This document shows positions 59,794 through 64,000 of a stretch of 64,000 nt of DNA, piece after piece. Position 1 is the stretch's first letter. Every line of letters starts with the position of its first letter. Made by a program: the position numbers and the translations under genes. The notes under the pieces were generated by a model that saw only the letters and a program-made list of their open reading frames with translations, was not told the origin of the DNA and searched no databases. This DNA is from a virus, in the IMG/VR virus record IMGVR_UViG_3300045391_003842, positions 1 to 64,000 of that record; one strand, written 5' to 3'.

Positions 59794-60120
59794 GTTTCAT
59801 CACGCTGTTTAAGGCAGACCGCGTGAAGCTGGTCACGACGCGGGCGGTCCTCATTCAGTATGACGGGCTCCGTGAGATCTGGATTCCGCGGTCTGTCATC
59901 GAAAACGGCGACACGATCGCGAAAGACGATGAAGACGTTGTTGTGCAGGAGTGGTTTGCCGAACGAGAAGGTTTGGAATGAAACTACCACAACGCCATCA
60001 CAAGTATGACCTGTACCCGGCCGATCCTTACGCGGCCGTGGCGCAGTTGGTCATCTGTGTTAACGTTGTGGTTTTGATTGTAATGGCTTTGATCGGCGTT
60101 TGGAAATTGGCGGGTGGATA

Positions 60121-61419
60121 ATGTCGGACTGTTCTATCTGTGGGCGCCCCCAGTTCGACACACCGAGTGGCGTCACCTGTGAAAATGGACATGGAGGTGC
60201 ACCTTCCGATGGCTATGAACGCTTTGATGGGATACCTGACGCTGGGCCTGATGACATGCCTGTCGCTGCTGATTGGGATGGAGGTCGCGGTGCGTCGCCG
60301 CCGCTTGCGCCCGGCAAGCTACCGCCGCAAAGGTCGCGCGATCCGCTGAGCAACATCGTCCTTTCGGATGAACAGCAAGAGCTATACGACAACATTGACC
60401 GGTTCATCGGCGATCCGTTTGCTGGCGACGTCTATCACTATGATGGGCTCGCCGGCACCGGCAAATCTGTCGTGTTGGCCAAGGCCGGGCAGAACAACCC
60501 TGGCTGCATGATGGTGGCGCTGTCCGGCCGGGCGGCGTCGCTCCTGCATCAAAAGTCAGGACTAAGCACGTCAACCATCCACGCGGCGATCTACAAGCTG
60601 ATGCGTGAGATCGAATTTGACAACGGCAAGCGCCAGATGGAATGGCGCAGCGCGCATAACGACGGCGCACTGTCCGGCGTGACGTTCCTGCTGGACGAAA
60701 AGTCCATGATCGGGCACCGCATCGCCCGCGACATCCTGCGTACGGGCGCGCGGATCGTGGCGGCCGGCGATCCAGGCCAGTTGCCGCCGATCCAGGATCA
60801 GCAGTACTTCGTCAACCCGGATTTCACCCTGCGCCAGATCCACCGTCAGGCGCTGGAAAGCCCGATCGTGCGGCAGGCGCACCGGGTGCGGGCCGGCGAA
60901 CGCTACCAGAACGATGGGTCGAACTTCCGCGTCGTGGATCGATTGCCGCGTGACGAGTTGATGCAGGCCGACATGGTGCTCTGCTGGAAGAACACCACGC
61001 GCGTTGAGATCACCAAGGTGATCAGATCCATGAAGGGTCTGGCCAAAAACTATCCGCGGGCTGGCGAGTTCGTCATGTGCCTGAAGAATGCGCCTGACTA
61101 TGGCCTGTTCAACGGCGCCGTCTATACGCTGACACGAGACTTTAACAACGGCGACAATGTCATCTGGCTGGACTACGAAGGAGAGGAAATCTACGTTCCG
61201 AACGTCAAGTTTGAAGGCATGGTCAACACGGTGCCGGTTGGTGACGTGGTAACGACTAGCTTCACGTTTGGTTACGTGTACACCGTTCACAAGGCTCAGG
61301 GCTCCGAAGCGAAGAGTGTAGTACTCGTGGATGAGTATGCTATGCCTGATTTCGCGATCGAGTGGCGTTATACGGCCATTACGAGAGCGCAAGAACGTAT
61401 CACGATTATCCCACACTGA
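60121..61419 (+). CDS. RecD/Dda-like SF1 helicase
   Basis: GLAGTGKS, TIH..IY, LDE.SM, GDP.QLPP, L.QIHRQA, Y.YTVHKAQGSE, YTAITRA. Confidence 0.92.
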   Translation: MSDCSICGRPQFDTPSGVTCENGHGGAPSDGYERFDGIPDAGPDDMPVAADWDGGRGASPPLAPGKLPPQRSRDPLSNIVLSDEQQELYDNIDRFIGDPFAGDVYHYDGLAGTGKSVVLAKAGQNNPGCMMVALSGRAASLLHQKSGLSTSTIHAAIYKLMREIEFDNGKRQMEWRSAHNDGALSGVTFLLDEKSMIGHRIARDILRTGARIVAAGDPGQLPPIQDQQYFVNPDFTLRQIHRQALESPIVRQAHRVRAGERYQNDGSNFRVVDRLPRDELMQADMVLCWKNTTRVEITKVIRSMKGLAKNYPRAGEFVMCLKNAPDYGLFNGAVYTLTRDFNNGDNVIWLDYEGEEIYVPNVKFEGMVNTVPVGDVVTTSFTFGYVYTVHKAQGSEAKSVVLVDEYAMPDFAIEWRYTAITRAQERITIIPH

Positions 61420-61429
61420 GAGGTTCACG

Positions 61430-61882
61430 ATGAGCCAGTACCCTACGGTCTACCGCTTCAGCGGGGACGGCTCGCTTTCTCAACTCGGCCTGCTGCCGGA
61501 TTGGCTCAGCTTGGTGGTTAGGGAAGCCAATGCGACCGGCGAATGGGAAGACGCCATGGAGGACATCGGCAACTGCAAGATAGTTGAAGCCTACGGCGTT
61601 ACAAATGAAACTTTAACGGTATGGCGCCGTAGCGGTGATGAATGGCTGGTGGAGTACCATGACTTTGATCGGCCTATCATGATGATTCACATCCTGGGCG
61701 GCTTGGATTTCTGGAAGTTCCAGATGACACAACTTCATGTTCTTGCGCAGAAAATCATGGTGGCAGATCGCTACCACAAGGATATTCGGTCAAATTGCGG
61801 CCTAGCGACGGATGAAGAAGAGGACGCCGAGACCGACGCGGATAGCCTATCAAAATTGACACGTCCGACGCGGATGAATTGA
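61430..61882 (+). CDS. Hypothetical protein
   Basis: GAGG RBS, ATG at 61430. Confidence 0.55.
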   Translation: MSQYPTVYRFSGDGSLSQLGLLPDWLSLVVREANATGEWEDAMEDIGNCKIVEAYGVTNETLTVWRRSGDEWLVEYHDFDRPIMMIHILGGLDFWKFQMTQLHVLAQKIMVADRYHKDIRSNCGLATDEEEDAETDADSLSKLTRPTRMN

Positions 61883-61929
61883 TAAGAGAGAAGTGATATA
61901 GCAGGGCTCCACGCAACAGGAGCCCTGAA

Positions 61930-62148
61930 ATGCCTTCGCAGTCCCGAGCCCAGCACAATTTCATGGAGATGGTGGCGCACGATCCAGGCGCGGCCAAACG
62001 CACGGGCGTACCGAAGAAAGTCGGCGAAGACTTTGCAAACGCTGACAAAAAAGACGATGGTTACAAAGACCGCGAGCATGTCGCAAAGAAAGCGGCAGAG
62101 CACGGGATGAGCCCTGAAATATACAGGACGTTGTACGGCATTCGCTGA
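61930..62148 (+). CDS. Small phage protein (MPS.S.AQH..M..VAH.P..AK..G.P..VG.DF..AD pattern)
   Basis: Pattern I recognise from small genes near phage morphogenesis modules. Confidence 0.65.
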   Translation: MPSQSRAQHNFMEMVAHDPGAAKRTGVPKKVGEDFANADKKDDGYKDREHVAKKAAEHGMSPEIYRTLYGIR

Positions 62149-62238
62149 ACGTTCTCTTGCGTCCGGCGGATCTGCCTGTACAGTCCGGCCGGGTTTTGCA
62201 TTCCGCAATTCCTTTATCCAAAAATGGAGACACACCTG

Positions 62239-64000
62239 ATGAGATCAGTGGTGACGGTCTATCCGATCGGCTCCCAAGTCTCTGGCGTGCCTTTTGTCGT
62301 TTCGGGAACGATCAACTACTATCCGACGATCGATGTCTCAGACGATGGCGTGAATTTCGATGATGCCAATGTGGGAGGATCGGCGCTGTCCACCTCCACG
62401 TGGCATTTCACGCACCAAGGCATGCCGGTCGGCAACTACACCTTCCGCTTTGAGTCCGGCGACGGATCATCCGGCGTCGTGACGTCCAACCCGTTCGCTG
62501 TCGTCAATCCGCACACCATCACGCCAAACGCGCCAACCGGCGCCGTGGAAGGCGCGCCGTTCATCTTCACCGGCTCGCTGGGCAACTACGCGCAACCGCC
62601 CAACCTCACCGCGGCAATCGACAGCGGCACGCCGTTCGCGCTGTCTGGTGTCAGTGCCAGCGGGTGGAACACCACGCTGACTATCGAGACATCCGGCACC
62701 CACACGCTGACTGTCAGCGATGGCACCTTGTCTACGACCACCGCGGCCTTCAGCGTCGCCGCATCGGGCGTGGCGCCTCCGCCGCCGGTATCCGGCGTGG
62801 TGTGGGATGCAACGCACAAGTCCAGCACCATCGTCCTGTCCAACGGCAGCGGCACGGCGACGTCCAGCGGCACCGGAGCCCAGTCGGTTCTGGCCACCGT
62901 GCCGGTCCCGGCGTCCGGCTTCGCCGCCTGGGAGGTCATCGCGAGCGCGGTCACCACGGATTGGGCGGCTGGCGTGGCCGATCGCAGCTACGCGCTGGAT
63001 TTCGGGGGCGGCCTTGGCGGCGATCAGCACGGCGCCGGCTACTACATAAACAGCCCTCCGGAGGAAACCTGGTACAACGGCACGTTGGTCAACGGCTCCA
63101 GCGGGACCGATTCGACCGGCGCGGCCATCTCGTTCGTCGCGTCCGGCCTGCAACTCTGGGTATCGACGCCGGAAATGCGGGCGAACGGCTTTAACTTCAA
63201 CAATTCGACCACTGCGGACCCGGCAACTGGCGTCGGCGGCATCAACGTCTCCGGAATCGGCCTGCCGTTCTATCCGGCGTTCAACGTGCTGGAGACTGGC
63301 GCGTCGGCGACGATCAACGGCGGGGCAAGCGGGGCGTTCTCGGCCTTCCTGACCACCTACATGGCGGCGCACACCGCGATCAAGGCGCTGGACGGCACGA
63401 TTGTGTCCGGCGGCGGATCGTCTGGCGTGCCGGCGGTTCACACCATAACGCCGGTTTCGCCGGGCACCGTGACGGCCGGGCAGGCGTTCACCTTCCACGG
63501 CACGATCAGCGGCTATGGCGGCACGGCACCGACGCTGCTGTACGAGGTGGACAACGGTTCGCCGGCCCTGGTGTCAGGTGTCACGGCGTCCGGGTGGTCC
63601 ATGACGCTGAACCTGAGCGTCCTGGGATCTCACACCCTGCTGGTGACAGACGGTGCGGTGTCGGGTTCCACCACGGTGGTGGTCCAGGCAGCCTCCGGAA
63701 CCGGCGGCGGCGGAGCCAATGGCATCCCGCGCGTGACGGCGCCGTTGACGGGCACGGTCACCAAAGGCACGTGGCTGCAAAATCAGCGGCTGAACGTCGC
63801 GGCGATGCCTCATGGGTTCATCGCCTACGATCTGTTGCTGCCGGCGCAGTACGATCCGAGCCTCGTCTATCCGATCATGGTCTACGGCCATGAGAATGAC
63901 GAAGGCATGAACGGGGGCTCGTATCCGTCCTCCAATCTGGCGACGGAAAATGGGGCGGTCGGGCCGGGTCTGAGCGCGGACTCGTGTTTCAACACCGTTG
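62239..64000 (+). CDS. Large Ig-like/SPRY-like/alpha-beta-hydrolase-like protein, probable virion surface or tail protein (3' end off window; absent from ORF track)
   Basis: Open frame from ATG 62239 (GGAG RBS) to window end: two HTITP...LSGV.ASGW..TL.....G.HTL.V.DG repeats, a SPRY-like WD...S..I.LSNG...A segment, then YDLLLPAQYDPSLVYPIMVYGH. Confidence 0.75.
   Translation, partial: MRSVVTVYPIGSQVSGVPFVVSGTINYYPTIDVSDDGVNFDDANVGGSALSTSTWHFTHQGMPVGNYTFRFESGDGSSGVVTSNPFAVVNPHTITPNAPTGAVEGAPFIFTGSLGNYAQPPNLTAAIDSGTPFALSGVSASGWNTTLTIETSGTHTLTVSDGTLSTTTAAFSVAASGVAPPPPVSGVVWDATHKSSTIVLSNGSGTATSSGTGAQSVLATVPVPASGFAAWEVIASAVTTDWAAGVADRSYALDFGGGLGGDQHGAGYYINSPPEETWYNGTLVNGSSGTDSTGAAISFVASGLQLWVSTPEMRANGFNFNNSTTADPATGVGGINVSGIGLPFYPAFNVLETGASATINGGASGAFSAFLTTYMAAHTAIKALDGTIVSGGGSSGVPAVHTITPVSPGTVTAGQAFTFHGTISGYGGTAPTLLYEVDNGSPALVSGVTASGWSMTLNLSVLGSHTLLVTDGAVSGSTTVVVQAASGTGGGGANGIPRVTAPLTGTVTKGTWLQNQRLNVAAMPHGFIAYDLLLPAQYDPSLVYPIMVYGHENDEGMNGGSYPSSNLATENGAVGPGLSADSCFNTV

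Larger units (their letters stand above)
1..64000. mobile_element. Fragment of a large dsDNA bacteriophage genome, probably alphaproteobacterial host
   Basis: Phage-type replication cluster (DUF2815, DUF2800, SNF2, PolA, D5 primase), GH19 endolysin, probable TerS, dense small co-oriented ORFs, no housekeeping operons; GcrA and GapR homologs point to Alphaproteobacteria. Confidence 0.95.

Noticed and set aside
62467-63891. Long minus-strand ORFs in the track (and similar shadow ORFs over polA, primase and others)
   Set aside because: Antisense shadows of real GC-rich genes on the opposite strand
1-64000. tRNA/rRNA genes, reverse transcriptase/DGR, transposases
   Set aside because: No cloverleaf, RT or transposase motifs recognised by eye; a tRNAscan/Infernal run would be needed to exclude RNAs fully

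Overview
The whole window reads as part of a large, GC-rich tailed-phage genome with an alphaproteobacterial host, judged from its GapR/DUF2312, GcrA and alphaproteobacterial-type NrdB homologs. I saw no capsid, portal, large terminase or integrase here. Layout: (1) replication module, 1-11.7 kb: GapR, DUF2815 SSB, DUF2800 Cas4-like exonuclease, SNF2 helicase, RuvC-like resolvase, family A polymerase, primase-D5 helicase, DNA MTase. (2) Minus-strand nucleotide-handling block, 11.7-20 kb: GcrA, HNH, DUF5664, DHH, NUDIX, two MazG-like proteins (one fused to a RyR domain), SLOG, second MTase, O-methyltransferase, ThyX. (3) GH19 endolysin and accessory genes. (4) A roughly 26-50 kb array of small, probably early genes built from near-identical promoter/operator/RBS units. 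(5) Two inverted-repeat-rich non-coding blocks flanking a probable small terminase. (6) ParB-like genes, NADAR, an NDT-like gene, a RecD/Dda-like helicase and the start of a large Ig/SPRY/esterase-like protein. Most striking: a palindrome TGKCA-N8-TGMCA found in at least 14 exact copies, usually over the -10 box of a repeated sigma70 promoter whose -35 box often supplies the stop codon of the upstream gene (a candidate promoter-bounded gene-cassette system); and an ORF carrying scrambled fragments of PolA catalytic motifs. All family calls come from motif recognition by eye, not database searches.
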